Below are positions 40,236-48,179 of a stretch of 64,000 nucleotides of DNA, piece by piece. A program made the translations under genes and the position numbers. Position 1 is the stretch's first letter, and each line of letters starts with the position of its first letter. A model generated the notes under the pieces. It worked only from the letters and a program-made list of their open reading frames with translations. It was not told the DNA's origin and made no database searches. The DNA is from a virus. The DNA lies in the IMG/VR virus record IMGVR_UViG_3300045988_052780; one strand, written 5' to 3'.

Positions 40236-42224
40236 TTACTTCACAGCTTCAAAATTGTCTTCGGTTGGATTATCCTTCTTATCCTCGACAAACATTTCTT
40301 TAAATGTCTTCTTAAAAGGAATACTCTTGAGAAGTTCAAATGCTGGATTAAGATTCTCAGCTGTTTTAGCCATGAAACTACCAGCAGTATTCTCATTACC
40401 ATAAACAGTAACTTGTCCAAGATGGATATGTTCATACATCTCTGCGGATGCTTCAGCAATGCCTTTAAGCTGATCCACCGTCTTATATTGAACAATCGTT
40501 TGTGGAGTCATACCACATTCAATCATCTTCTCTACTGCCTTTGCAGGAGCCATTTCAACAGCAGTAATCTTGTCTGCCTCTGCCATCAAGGATGCTCTCT
40601 TACCTTCAGCCTCTGCAAGCAACTTTCTCTTAGTACCTTCAGCTTCAGCTTCAAGTTGCATCTGAGTTGCATTTGCCTTAGCTTCTGCCTCCTTAAGAAT
40701 TTCAGCAGCTTTGGCTTCCGCCTTAAGAATAGCTTCTTGCTTTACAGCTTCAGCATCAATAATGGCTTTCTCCTTAGCCTTATTAGCGGGTACAATTACT
40801 GTTGCATTCAACTCAGCTTCTTTAGCTTTGGCTTCAGCTTCTTTAATTTCTGCAATCTTCTCTTGCTCGGTTCTAGCAATAGTAGTTTCTGCATCCACTT
40901 TAGAAATACCTGCAACCTTATCGGCATCAGCAGCAGCCTTTGCAGCTTCTCCTTTAGCCTTAGACACTTCAATTGTAGCCATATGCTCGGCTACTCCAGC
41001 CTGCTTATTAGCTTCAGCTGTCTTCTTACGAGCTTCAGACTCATATTCAGCAGTCCTAGCCTCCTTCTCTTGAACAGCTTTAATTGTCTCAGCCTCCTGA
41101 TTCTGTTGAGCAGCAGCAATACGAATTTGCTTAGCTGATTCAGCTTCTTGTTCTTTAGCAGCTGCTTCCGCTTTAGATTTAGCCATATTAGCTTTAGCTT
41201 GTGCATCCCATTCAGTCTGTTGAGAAATTGCAATAGACTCCTGCTCTGCTACCTTAGAAAGCCTCTCAGTGTTAGCTTTAGCTACTCCTACTTCCTGCTC
41301 TTTTTGTTGATCTGCAATAGCAATACGTTGTTCCTTCTGCTGCTCTGACAGTTTAACTTCCTGCTCCTTAGTAGTTTCGGCTAATCTAATTGCTTTATCC
41401 TTATTAGTTTCAGCAATAGTAGTCTCTTGATCCTTGAGAGTAATAGCAATGGCTACTTTCTGGTCTCTAGTAGTTTCAGCTACTTTAGTCTCCCTTTCCT
41501 TAGTAGTAAGGGCAATTTGAATTGCTCCTTTCTTCTCTTCTTCAGCAATAGCAGCTTCTGCCTGTGCTCTAGCCTTAGTAGTTTCTTTCTGACCCAAATT
41601 CTCAATATAATTAGCAGCATCTCTGATGTCACTAATATTGATATTAATCAGATACAAACCCAATTTGTTTAATTCAGTATTAATATTGTCTCTGGCTTGA
41701 GTTAAGAACTTATCTCTATTAGAATTAAGTTCCTCAATTTCCATAGAAGCCACAATAAGCCTCATTTGGCCATATACAATGTCTGAAATTAAACTCTCTT
41801 TATCTGTATCATCAACGCCAAGCAATCTATTAGCAGCATTCTGCATAATTAATGGATCTTGGCTGATTGCTACAGTGACTGTAGTAGGAACAGTAACACG
41901 AATATTCTGGGCTGATAATGCATCCTTGAGAGTTAAATTCAACTGAATAGGACGCATTGACATTACTTCATATCCCTGAATGATAGGCCATACAAATGCA
42001 GCTCCACCGTGATATACTCTAGCAGTTTTAATTTCTACTTCCCTGCTAACTTGGTTCCCTTTGGCATCAAGTTCATTTACCTTCTCTTTGTGAGAACCAG
42101 TTTTACCATAAACTACTAATAGTTCATCAGATTTACATTTACGATAACGAGATAAAATCCCAATGATAGTAATAATTGCTATTAATACAATTACTCCTAC
42201 GATAATTAATGTTGTCATTTCCAT
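40236..42224 (-). CDS. flotillin-like SPFH/Band-7 protein with long Ala/Glu/Lys-rich coiled-coil (FloT/YqiK-like)
   Basis: N-terminal TM, an SPFH domain (residues ~30-230), then ~350 aa of EA/KA repeats as in bacterial flotillins. Confidence 0.7.
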   Translation of the reverse strand: MEMTTLIIVGVIVLIAIITIIGILSRYRKCKSDELLVVYGKTGSHKEKVNELDAKGNQVSREVEIKTARVYHGGAAFVWPIIQGYEVMSMRPIQLNLTLKDALSAQNIRVTVPTTVTVAISQDPLIMQNAANRLLGVDDTDKESLISDIVYGQMRLIVASMEIEELNSNRDKFLTQARDNINTELNKLGLYLININISDIRDAANYIENLGQKETTKARAQAEAAIAEEEKKGAIQIALTTKERETKVAETTRDQKVAIAITLKDQETTIAETNKDKAIRLAETTKEQEVKLSEQQKEQRIAIADQQKEQEVGVAKANTERLSKVAEQESIAISQQTEWDAQAKANMAKSKAEAAAKEQEAESAKQIRIAAAQQNQEAETIKAVQEKEARTAEYESEARKKTAEANKQAGVAEHMATIEVSKAKGEAAKAAADADKVAGISKVDAETTIARTEQEKIAEIKEAEAKAKEAELNATVIVPANKAKEKAIIDAEAVKQEAILKAEAKAAEILKEAEAKANATQMQLEAEAEGTKRKLLAEAEGKRASLMAEADKITAVEMAPAKAVEKMIECGMTPQTIVQYKTVDQLKGIAEASAEMYEHIHLGQVTVYGNENTAGSFMAKTAENLNPAFELLKSIPFKKTFKEMFVEDKKDNPTEDNFEAVK

Positions 42225-42235
42225 CTTATGAGTCT

Positions 42236-42754
42236 TTAATCTATGTACAATGTGTTATCCATAACCTCACGAATTGTAACTACTTGATTAACCGCATATG
42301 AAGTACCTGAAATAGAAACGAGTTCTACTTCTCTAGATGCTCCACTTATATTTATAAAAGCTAAATAGCGTTTATCATCTAAGCGAACATATATTCTAGC
42401 TGGTCTTCCTGCTAAGTATACAAGAGGTTCGTCGGTTGGAAAGTTCTGTAATTTCATACAGAATTTATATAAATGATACAGCATAAACACAAATACAAGA
42501 CCTATAAAGAATCCTATTAACCAATCAATCCAGGTTATCTCATAACCTAGTAGTTGTTTAATAGAAGTCCATCCTCCAAATCCCATCAGGAAGTGAATAA
42601 GACCTTTAAATGAAACAACATCACCAATGTCGAAATCGGCATCTCCGTCGAAGTCCACATCAACATCAAGTTCACCTGCAACCCATGATATTATGAATTG
42701 CAAGATAAAGATACCATAGGCAACACCACCTATGATATAATACACATCACTCAT
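42236..42754 (-). CDS. NfeD-like membrane protein (YuaF-type partner of flotillin)
   Basis: Two or three TM helices followed by a C-terminal beta-barrel-like soluble domain. It sits immediately upstream of the flotillin gene, as in the yuaF-floT operon. Confidence 0.55.
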   Translation of the reverse strand: MSDVYYIIGGVAYGIFILQFIISWVAGELDVDVDFDGDADFDIGDVVSFKGLIHFLMGFGGWTSIKQLLGYEITWIDWLIGFFIGLVFVFMLYHLYKFCMKLQNFPTDEPLVYLAGRPARIYVRLDDKRYLAFINISGASREVELVSISGTSYAVNQVVTIREVMDNTLYID

Positions 42755-42785
42755 CTTGTTAATAATTTAATCTGTTAATAAATAG

Positions 42786-42860
42786 TGGGACAGGATGGAG
42801 TCGAACCATCATCTCTGGATTTTCAGTCCAGCGCGAACTGACCACCTGCGCTACTGCCCC
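42786..42860 (-). tRNA. tRNA-Phe(GAA)
   Basis: GGGGCAG/CTGTCCC acceptor, anticodon stem CTGGA/TCCAG with loop CTGAAAA, T-arm GATGG TTCGACT CCATC. The D-loop is long. Confidence 0.7.
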
Positions 42861-43136
42861 ATATTGCCTACACATACGTCTTCACTGGATTTTATGCTTT
42901 ATTACGCCAGTTGCTTTGGACAACCTAAATCCTTCAGTGCTGTACAATCCTAAAGGCGCCATACAGACTGCCATCGCACCTACTCCCATTACCGTGTCAC
43001 GCAACGTATCCACATCCACCTCTAGGACTTTCACCTAGACCACATCCTCGGCATCATAGTATCTTAGTGAATAATAAACAATGAAACAAACTGGAAATTA
43101 ATTTTAAAGTTAATATTATGTCTATAAGATACTAAG

Positions 43137-43211
43137 GGTGTTATGTCAGAATCGAACTGACGACCTCTTGAACCACAATCAAGTGCTCTAACCAACTGAG
43201 CTAATAACACC
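43137..43211 (-). tRNA. tRNA-His(GTG) with encoded G-1
   Basis: G-1 opposite C73, acceptor GTGTTAT/ATAACAC, D-arm GCTC AGTTGGTTA GAGC, anticodon loop TTGTGGT. Confidence 0.85.
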
Positions 43212-43219
43212 ATATATAG

Positions 43220-43726
43220 TTACTCATTCTCGTAACCTTCGCGCACTGCATTTGCAAATACTTGTTTACACATCTCGTATTCTAGAATGGCTAGTGCTAA
43301 GTCTTCTCCTACGTCTTCTACAAACTTGTCTCGGTTATCAGTCTCGTCAAGTTCGTTTAATACCGCTATCAAGTATTCTAGTAGTTCAAGACATCTATTG
43401 TAGCTTTCCCCAACTTTATTAATAATGGCTATCCTATCATTGCTTCTCTTATAGTACTTATGGATTGAATAATTACAGTATAACACTACTAATGCACATA
43501 TAAGTGTAGTAGTAGTGAATGCTTCATTTATATAACATAAGATACTGTGAGTTACAGTAGCAATTAATACAACTGTATTAGCATAAAACATCCAATTTAA
43601 AGACTTGAGAGCTTTACGGTGTGATAATAAATTATCAACCTCTTCTTTTACCTCGTTAAGCGATTCTAATTCTTTTTCATACTGTTCACATGATACTTCA
43701 AGTAGTTCTTCACTCATATTATTCAA
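43220..43726 (-). CDS. membrane protein
   Basis: 168 aa with an internal hydrophobic segment. Confidence 0.4.
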   Translation of the reverse strand: MNNMSEELLEVSCEQYEKELESLNEVKEEVDNLLSHRKALKSLNWMFYANTVVLIATVTHSILCYINEAFTTTTLICALVVLYCNYSIHKYYKRSNDRIAIINKVGESYNRCLELLEYLIAVLNELDETDNRDKFVEDVGEDLALAILEYEMCKQVFANAVREGYENE

Positions 43727-43739
43727 TTTAGTTTAATAG

Positions 43740-43812
43740 TGGACCGTGTGAGATTTGAACTCCTCCTTCATCTTGCAAGGATGATGTGCTCCCGGATTAC
43801 ACTACACAGCCC
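43740..43812 (-). tRNA. tRNA-Ala(TGC) (tentative; weak T-stem)
   Basis: Perfect anticodon stem TCATC/GATGA with loop CTTGCAA; acceptor GGGCTGT/ACGGTCC has 2 G:U pairs; T-loop TTCAAAT with only 3 clean stem pairs. Confidence 0.45.
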
Positions 43813-44144
43813 AGATTTAGTCTCACTATCGTAGGACTATAAGCTTCCAACGTCCGACTGGCTACGGAAGGTTATTTACCGGTCTAATAACCTATTATTC
43901 ATTTTATATGCTTTGTTACTTCTTAGTTAAGTACCTGTACACATCTTCGCTACTACTAGATACTACGATCATTACACCTATCCAGGAGCTAATTACAAAC
44001 AGTGTCAGAACTAGTAACATTCCATAGTCGAACTCGTAACGTTCTTTATTTCTTTGCCTTACTTTGTACTCAATAATTAATCCGATTATGGTACGTAATA
44101 AAGTAGCAATGCATCCAGCCGAATAAATCTATAAGAACAACATA

Positions 44145-44354
44145 CTACTTCTTTCTAAACATCACTATACCTGGAGATACAAATACTATAACTGCAACAA
44201 CACCAATCCATGAAGTTATTACAAGAGTTAATTCCATTAATAAGTCACACAAGTTGTAAGTGTAATTAGAATTTCTCTTATAGTCACGATATTCATAGAA
44301 ACACACAGCCATCAAAGCAACTACACATCCGATAATATAAATAATCAGTATCAT
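44145..44354 (-). CDS. small membrane protein
   Basis: 69 aa with two hydrophobic helices. Confidence 0.4.
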   Translation of the reverse strand: MILIIYIIGCVVALMAVCFYEYRDYKRNSNYTYNLCDLLMELTLVITSWIGVVAVIVFVSPGIVMFRKK

Positions 44355-44379
44355 ACATTTTTAATTATTAGTTAATAAG

Positions 44380-45197
44380 TACCCCGACTGCGATTCGAAC
44401 GCAGATATGTGGCTTAGTATAAGAACTAGGAGTCGAACCTAATTCTTATTGTTATTAATTTCATTTTTATGGTAACGGTAATAGGAACGTTCTCCACACT
44501 TGTTCTTAGACTTATAAGTATCAAGCTGTGAATCACAGTTAGGACATATGCATCGTAAATTATCTCTACGATTGTTAGATGCATGTCCGTCTATATGGTC
44601 AATGATAAAGACCAGCTCTTTACCATTCCAGATAGGCTTCATACCACATATAGCACATACTCCACCTTGCTCTTTTAGAATATCTTTCTTGAAGGCCTTA
44701 GGAGAGTAGTTAGCTCTCATTATACTTTCATCACCGTCCAAAAGCTTCTTGTAAGCAAGCATATGAGCATGTTCAAATTGACATTTAGGACCACAGTACT
44801 TGCCATAACTTCCGTTATAACTAATAAGTTCTGCACCACAGTTTAAACAGTATTTGTACTTCCTATTGAATGTTTCTTTAGGATTAATTTTACGTTTAAT
44901 TGGTAACTCTATGCCAAGTCTACGCGCTACATTCTTAATATTAGCACCTGAACAACCATATCTTCTTCCTATTTCCTCATAACTGAGCTTATCTATCAAA
45001 ATTAAATGCTCAAGTTGAGCTTTCTCGTTAATCCATTTACTTGTCATATTCGTCTAAATTAGAAATTCGTACCTCAAAGATACGAATCTTTTACGAATTA
45101 AACAAGTAAATGGATGTTTTGTTGAAATTAATAACAGTGAGTTACGGACTCACCAGCCGTATGAAGGCCACTGTTCTATCCCTTGAACTATCGAGGC
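44380..45197 (-). tRNA. tRNA split in the anticodon loop by a ~746-nt intervening sequence carrying an HNH endonuclease gene. The anticodon is TCT (Arg) or TCA (UGA-reading) depending on the exact junction (exon 1 45162..45197, exon 2 44380..44415).
   Basis: 5' half GCCTCGA TA GTTC AAGGGATA GAAC A GTGGC CTTCA... and 3' half ...AA GCCAC ATAT CTGCG TTCGAAT CGCAG TCGGGGT A. The anticodon stem GTGGC/GCCAC is perfect and the acceptor pairs 7/7 with two G:U. Confidence 0.55.
44439..45047 (-). CDS. HNH homing endonuclease with N-terminal HTH, paralog of 30867..31448, inside a tRNA intervening sequence
   Basis: CAICGM...IDHIDGH...NLRCICPNCD HNH motifs. The N-terminal 60 aa are about 60% identical to the other HNH. 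Confidence 0.8.
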   Translation of the reverse strand: MTSKWINEKAQLEHLILIDKLSYEEIGRRYGCSGANIKNVARRLGIELPIKRKINPKETFNRKYKYCLNCGAELISYNGSYGKYCGPKCQFEHAHMLAYKKLLDGDESIMRANYSPKAFKKDILKEQGGVCAICGMKPIWNGKELVFIIDHIDGHASNNRRDNLRCICPNCDSQLDTYKSKNKCGERSYYRYHKNEINNNKN

Positions 45198-45265
45198 ATT
45201 AACAGAAGACATTGTAATCATATGTAACATGACACCTGCTGTATGTCTTCTTAGGCAATACTATT

Positions 45266-45613
45266 TTATGAACATAAAGCTATCAGTTCTTTAGTAGTCC
45301 TTTTATATTGCAATCTGTTATATCTTTCTCCCTTACATATTGCACAACTACAGGGAGTACTCATGGTTTTAAACCTAAAGGTATTCTTAGCATTATAAAG
45401 TTCAGTCCAGCTTATTGCTTTACGCCACTTATTACTGCTACAGATATACCAATGCGGAAATGACCGTTTAATCCTAGTAATATACTTCTGGTCTTTCTTT
45501 AGGTTCCTCCACAATTTGTTTCTGTGAATTCTTGATTCTTTCATGTTTAGTTCTTCCATCGTCTCGTCCATTGATATTAACAATGTCCTGACCTGGATTG
45601 TAACCAGTACCAA
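45266..45613 (-). CDS. hypothetical basic Cys-containing protein
   Basis: 115-aa ORF. Confidence 0.35.
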   Translation of the reverse strand: MVLVTIQVRTLLISMDETMEELNMKESRIHRNKLWRNLKKDQKYITRIKRSFPHWYICSSNKWRKAISWTELYNAKNTFRFKTMSTPCSCAICKGERYNRLQYKRTTKELIALCS

Positions 45614-45670
45614 TGAATTTCTTCATATCTAGTCCCGATAAATTGATTGTCTTCATACGATAATTAAATT

Positions 45671-45958
45671 TTAATAGTTAAATACACTGTGATACTTTAG
45701 CCAATCTCTATAAGCTTTAGCATCCATGTTATAGGAATAATTCCAGTGAAACCTTCTCAGCTCCTTAATAAGTTCTGTTCGTATTTCATACGTGAGACGC
45801 ACACCAGGTGCTGTATTAGATATGTAGAATTGTTCTTTAACAAATGAGAAATACCCGTATAATATAGGTGTGCGCTTTCCCTTAAACTTATTAAGTAGAA
45901 TAGCATGCAAACGGCTGTTATCCTTGCTGTACTTCGTCGGATATAGTGTCACGTTCAT
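45671..45958 (-). CDS. hypothetical protein
   Basis: 95-aa ORF. Confidence 0.35.
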   Translation of the reverse strand: MNVTLYPTKYSKDNSRLHAILLNKFKGKRTPILYGYFSFVKEQFYISNTAPGVRLTYEIRTELIKELRRFHWNYSYNMDAKAYRDWLKYHSVFNY

Positions 45959-46244
45959 TGTCTAATATAGCAACAGCTAGACTATAACCATTATATAATG
46001 TCCCAATAAGACGTTTAAGTTTCTTCTTTATCTTCCTAGGAAGTTTTGGAAGATTAACATTCATAAGCTCTTCAGCTTCTTTATGTCTGGCTCTAACAGC
46101 AAGTTCTAAGTTCTCAGGGACATCTTCGGAATCAAAGAATGCGTTCAATACCGGCTCCTCTGGTAACAATCTTATGACTCTGTAAGCTACTCTTGCTTTC
46201 TTATTGTTACTGAGCTGATCAACGTGTTTAAATTTCAATTTCAT
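45918..46244 (-). CDS. hypothetical protein
   Basis: 108-aa ORF. Confidence 0.35.
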   Translation of the reverse strand: MKLKFKHVDQLSNNKKARVAYRVIRLLPEEPVLNAFFDSEDVPENLELAVRARHKEAEELMNVNLPKLPRKIKKKLKRLIGTLYNGYSLAVAILDNERDTISDEVQQG

Positions 46245-46269
46245 AATCTTTCATTAATAAATTAATAAG

Positions 46270-46359
46270 AGGAAGGACAGGGATTCGAACCCTGGGATCG
46301 CTGTTACACGACCAACAGTTTTCAAGACTGCCGCATTAAGCCAACTCTGCCACCCTTCC
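46270..46359 (-). tRNA. tRNA-Ser(TGA), type II
   Basis: GGAAGGG TG GCAGAGTTGGCTTAATGC, anticodon stem GCAGT/ACTGT with loop CTTGAAA, long variable arm, T-arm CAGGG TTCGAAT CCCTG. Confidence 0.75.
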
Positions 46360-46483
46360 ATTAATAAGAGAGCATCTATCTTTCGATTACATACTCAATG
46401 ACACTCTCCGAATTACTCCGGTCCTCGACAGTAGACCTTTACTGTTTAGCTAAAGCTGTCGACACTTTAGGTTATCAGTTTCG

Positions 46484-46558
46484 CACGCCCTGCACGACTC
46501 GAACATGCAACACACCCAGTTTTGGAGACAGGGGCTCTACCGATTGAGCTAAGGACGC
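46484..46558 (-). tRNA. tRNA-Trp(CCA)
   Basis: Closely parallels E. coli tRNA-Trp: GAGC C CCTGT CTCCAAA ACTGG GTGT..., T-loop TTCGAGT, discriminator G. Confidence 0.75.
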
Positions 46559-46820
46559 ATTTTAGTTACCAATCCTGAATGATTGTAAGGAACATTACTA
46601 TAAAACCCGCTGTACCTACAGCAACTCTGCCATCTTCATTTAGTGGAGAATACACTGCTATTAGAATTAATACAAATCCTAATAATAGTTGTAATATAAA
46701 CTTAACATTTCTCATAATCACGCATCTCCAGAATTAGCAATCCACATGATGTATATGATCATAATCACACCTACGACAAATTCTGTTAACATAATCAAAT
46801 ACGTTTAAAATTAAACATTG

Positions 46821-46892
46821 CGGCGAGTGCAGGATTCGAACCTGCGACCAATTGGTTAACGGCCAACTGCTCTACCACTGAGCTAACTCGCC
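46821..46892 (-). tRNA. tRNA-Asn(GTT) (C at position 33)
   Basis: Perfect acceptor GGCGAGT/ACTCGCC, D-arm GCTC AGTGGTA GAGC, anticodon stem GTTGG/CCAAT with loop CCGTTAA, T-arm GCAGG TTCGAAT CCTGC, discriminator G. Confidence 0.65.
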
Positions 46893-46901
46893 ATTTAAAT
46901 A

Positions 46902-47099
46902 CTAAACACCATCTAGCATTATTAAGAAACCTATAATGGCTATCATAGAACCAATTATGATTGGAACTCCTATAATATCTCCTAAGTTTACTAGTATTGG
47001 CAACAATAGAATCATGCATCCAATTAGAAACATGATAAGTCCTTTAATAAATCTGTGTGTCATAAAATCTATATATTTCCTACTGACAGGCGGCAGCAT
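46902..47099 (-). CDS. small membrane protein
   Basis: 65 aa, very hydrophobic. Confidence 0.35.
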   Translation of the reverse strand: MLPPVSRKYIDFMTHRFIKGLIMFLIGCMILLLPILVNLGDIIGVPIIIGSMIAIIGFLIMLDGV

Positions 47100-47357
47100 G
47101 ATTATCCATGCGGAATTATCATGCCCGTGGGAGTCATTACATAAGTCTTAGAGACTTGAATGAAATACCACTTAACTGCTTTCTTAATTAACTTAAATAG
47201 TTTCATAATAACTCAGTTTTAGTCAGTAAATTAATAATCTAAAGAAACCACTCTATCTTCACAGACCGAGTGGTCGAATACAATTATTTGTACTTCAAGT
47301 TGCTTAATTAAAACATTTCCAGTGACTCCAGAGGGACTTGAACCCTCGACCCACGGA

Positions 47358-47795
47358 TTAACAGAATATTTTAGATATTCTATCTTCAGAGATAACATAA
47401 TCTTTGGTGAAATTTATTCCTTTAACTTGTCCATTCTTGGATGTTTCAGTCCTAAGAGTAATTGTACGTCTATCAACCAACTCAGACATAGGGAATAAAT
47501 AAATTGTATCTAAATCACAACATATAACTACATCCACTTCATCAATGGTGTATTTATGAGTTTCTTTGTTACTCCAGTTATTTGTCACTAAACTAAAACA
47601 AAGAGAGTTATTCTCTGTCTTAGTATCAGTGGTTTTAACTTGACACTTAAAGAATTTGTTGTTGTGGAAGACAACGAAATCAAAAGGGAGATTGTCAGAC
47701 ATAGGTAATAATACATCAATACCATACTTAGCTAACTCTCCGATTGCTACACGCTCTCCCATTTCACCTAATTGTTTGTTATTTCTAACTTCCAT
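47358..47795 (-). CDS. YraN/I-Ssp6803I-like PD-(D/E)XK homing endonuclease
   Basis: GE.GERVAIGELAKYGIDVLLP...DFVVFHNNKFFKCQVKTT matches the UPF0102/I-Ssp6803I core. The start ATG is 1 nt after tRNA-Lys, and the last codons TGT TAA lie inside the CTGTTAA anticodon loop of the split tRNA. Confidence 0.6.
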   Translation of the reverse strand: MEVRNNKQLGEMGERVAIGELAKYGIDVLLPMSDNLPFDFVVFHNNKFFKCQVKTTDTKTENNSLCFSLVTNNWSNKETHKYTIDEVDVVICCDLDTIYLFPMSELVDRRTITLRTETSKNGQVKGINFTKDYVISEDRISKIFC

Positions 47796-47796
47796 G

Positions 47797-47868
47797 TCAC
47801 TCCGCAGGGACTTGAACCCTGTTCTATAGATTAAAAGTCTATAGCATATCCATACATGCTCCGGAGTG
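47797..47868 (-). tRNA. tRNA-Lys(TTT)
   Basis: Fully canonical: CACTCCG GA GCAT GTATGGAT ATGC T ATAGA CTTTTAA TCTAT AGAA CAGGG TTCAAGT CCCTG CGGAGTG A. Confidence 0.85.
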
Positions 47869-48007
47869 AGACATCCGTTAATCCGTTGCTCTAAGCCAGC
47901 TGAGCTATGGAGTCATCCTACAGAAGACAGAATTAAATCACACGAATAAATTGGCGGTTGCCAAGTCATGAAGTGCTGACGTCTTCTTATATTTCACTAA
48001 ATCGAAG

Positions 48008-48081
48008 AGTGGGCGCTCGGATTCGAACCGAGGAATACAGATTTTGCAGACCTGCCTATTAAGCCACTCTAGCACGCCCAC
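48008..48081 (-). tRNA. tRNA-Cys(GCA)
   Basis: Perfect acceptor GTGGGCG/CGCCCAC, anticodon stem CAGGT/ATCTG with loop CTGCAAA, T-arm CTCGG TTCGAAT CCGAG, discriminator U as in bacterial tRNA-Cys. Confidence 0.75.
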
Positions 48082-48179
48082 ATGTCAATGGACTAATGTG
48101 AGGCGAAAGTGAAACGGTTTAATCATTAAGGTTTTAATGATTGGATCTAGTGAAACTAAACAAACATACAAATAAATCG

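Larger units (their letters stand above)
47323..47914 (-). tRNA. tRNA-Asn(GTT)-like gene split in the anticodon loop. The halves (exon 1 47882..47914, exon 2 47323..47364) flank a complete tRNA-Lys and a YraN-like endonuclease gene.
   Basis: 5' half GACTCCA TA GCTC AGCTGGCTTA GAGC A ACGGA TTAA... and 3' half CTGTTAA TCCGT GGGTC GAGGG TTCAAGT CCCTC TGGAGTC A. Acceptor 7/7 and anticodon stem 5/5 are perfectly complementary. An intact tRNA-Asn(GTT) also exists at 46821..46892. Confidence 0.5.

Noticed and set aside
40203-41138. Plus-strand 311-aa ORF (and 40711..41073, 40991..41233, 41148..41348, 41427..41672) overlapping the flotillin gene
   Set aside because: These are Ser/Leu/Phe/Cys low-complexity translations antisense to the Ala/Glu/Lys-rich coiled-coil repeats of the minus-strand flotillin gene. 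They have no start context and are entirely contained in a well-supported gene.
43830-44140. ORF-free stretch between tRNA-Ala and the 69-aa membrane ORF, considered for a tRNA or small RNA
   Set aside because: No T-loop signature or convincing stems were found. It may be a small membrane ORF below the 60-aa cutoff; there is not enough evidence to call it.
46795-47019. Minus-strand 74-aa ORF
   Set aside because: It overlaps tRNA-Asn(GTT) (46821..46892) almost completely, so it is most likely spurious.
47796-47876. 81 nt between the Asn 5' half and the YraN-like ORF, first read as a ribozyme core or intron leader
   Set aside because: On inspection this stretch folds into a complete canonical tRNA-Lys(TTT) (47797..47868), so I annotated it as a tRNA gene instead.
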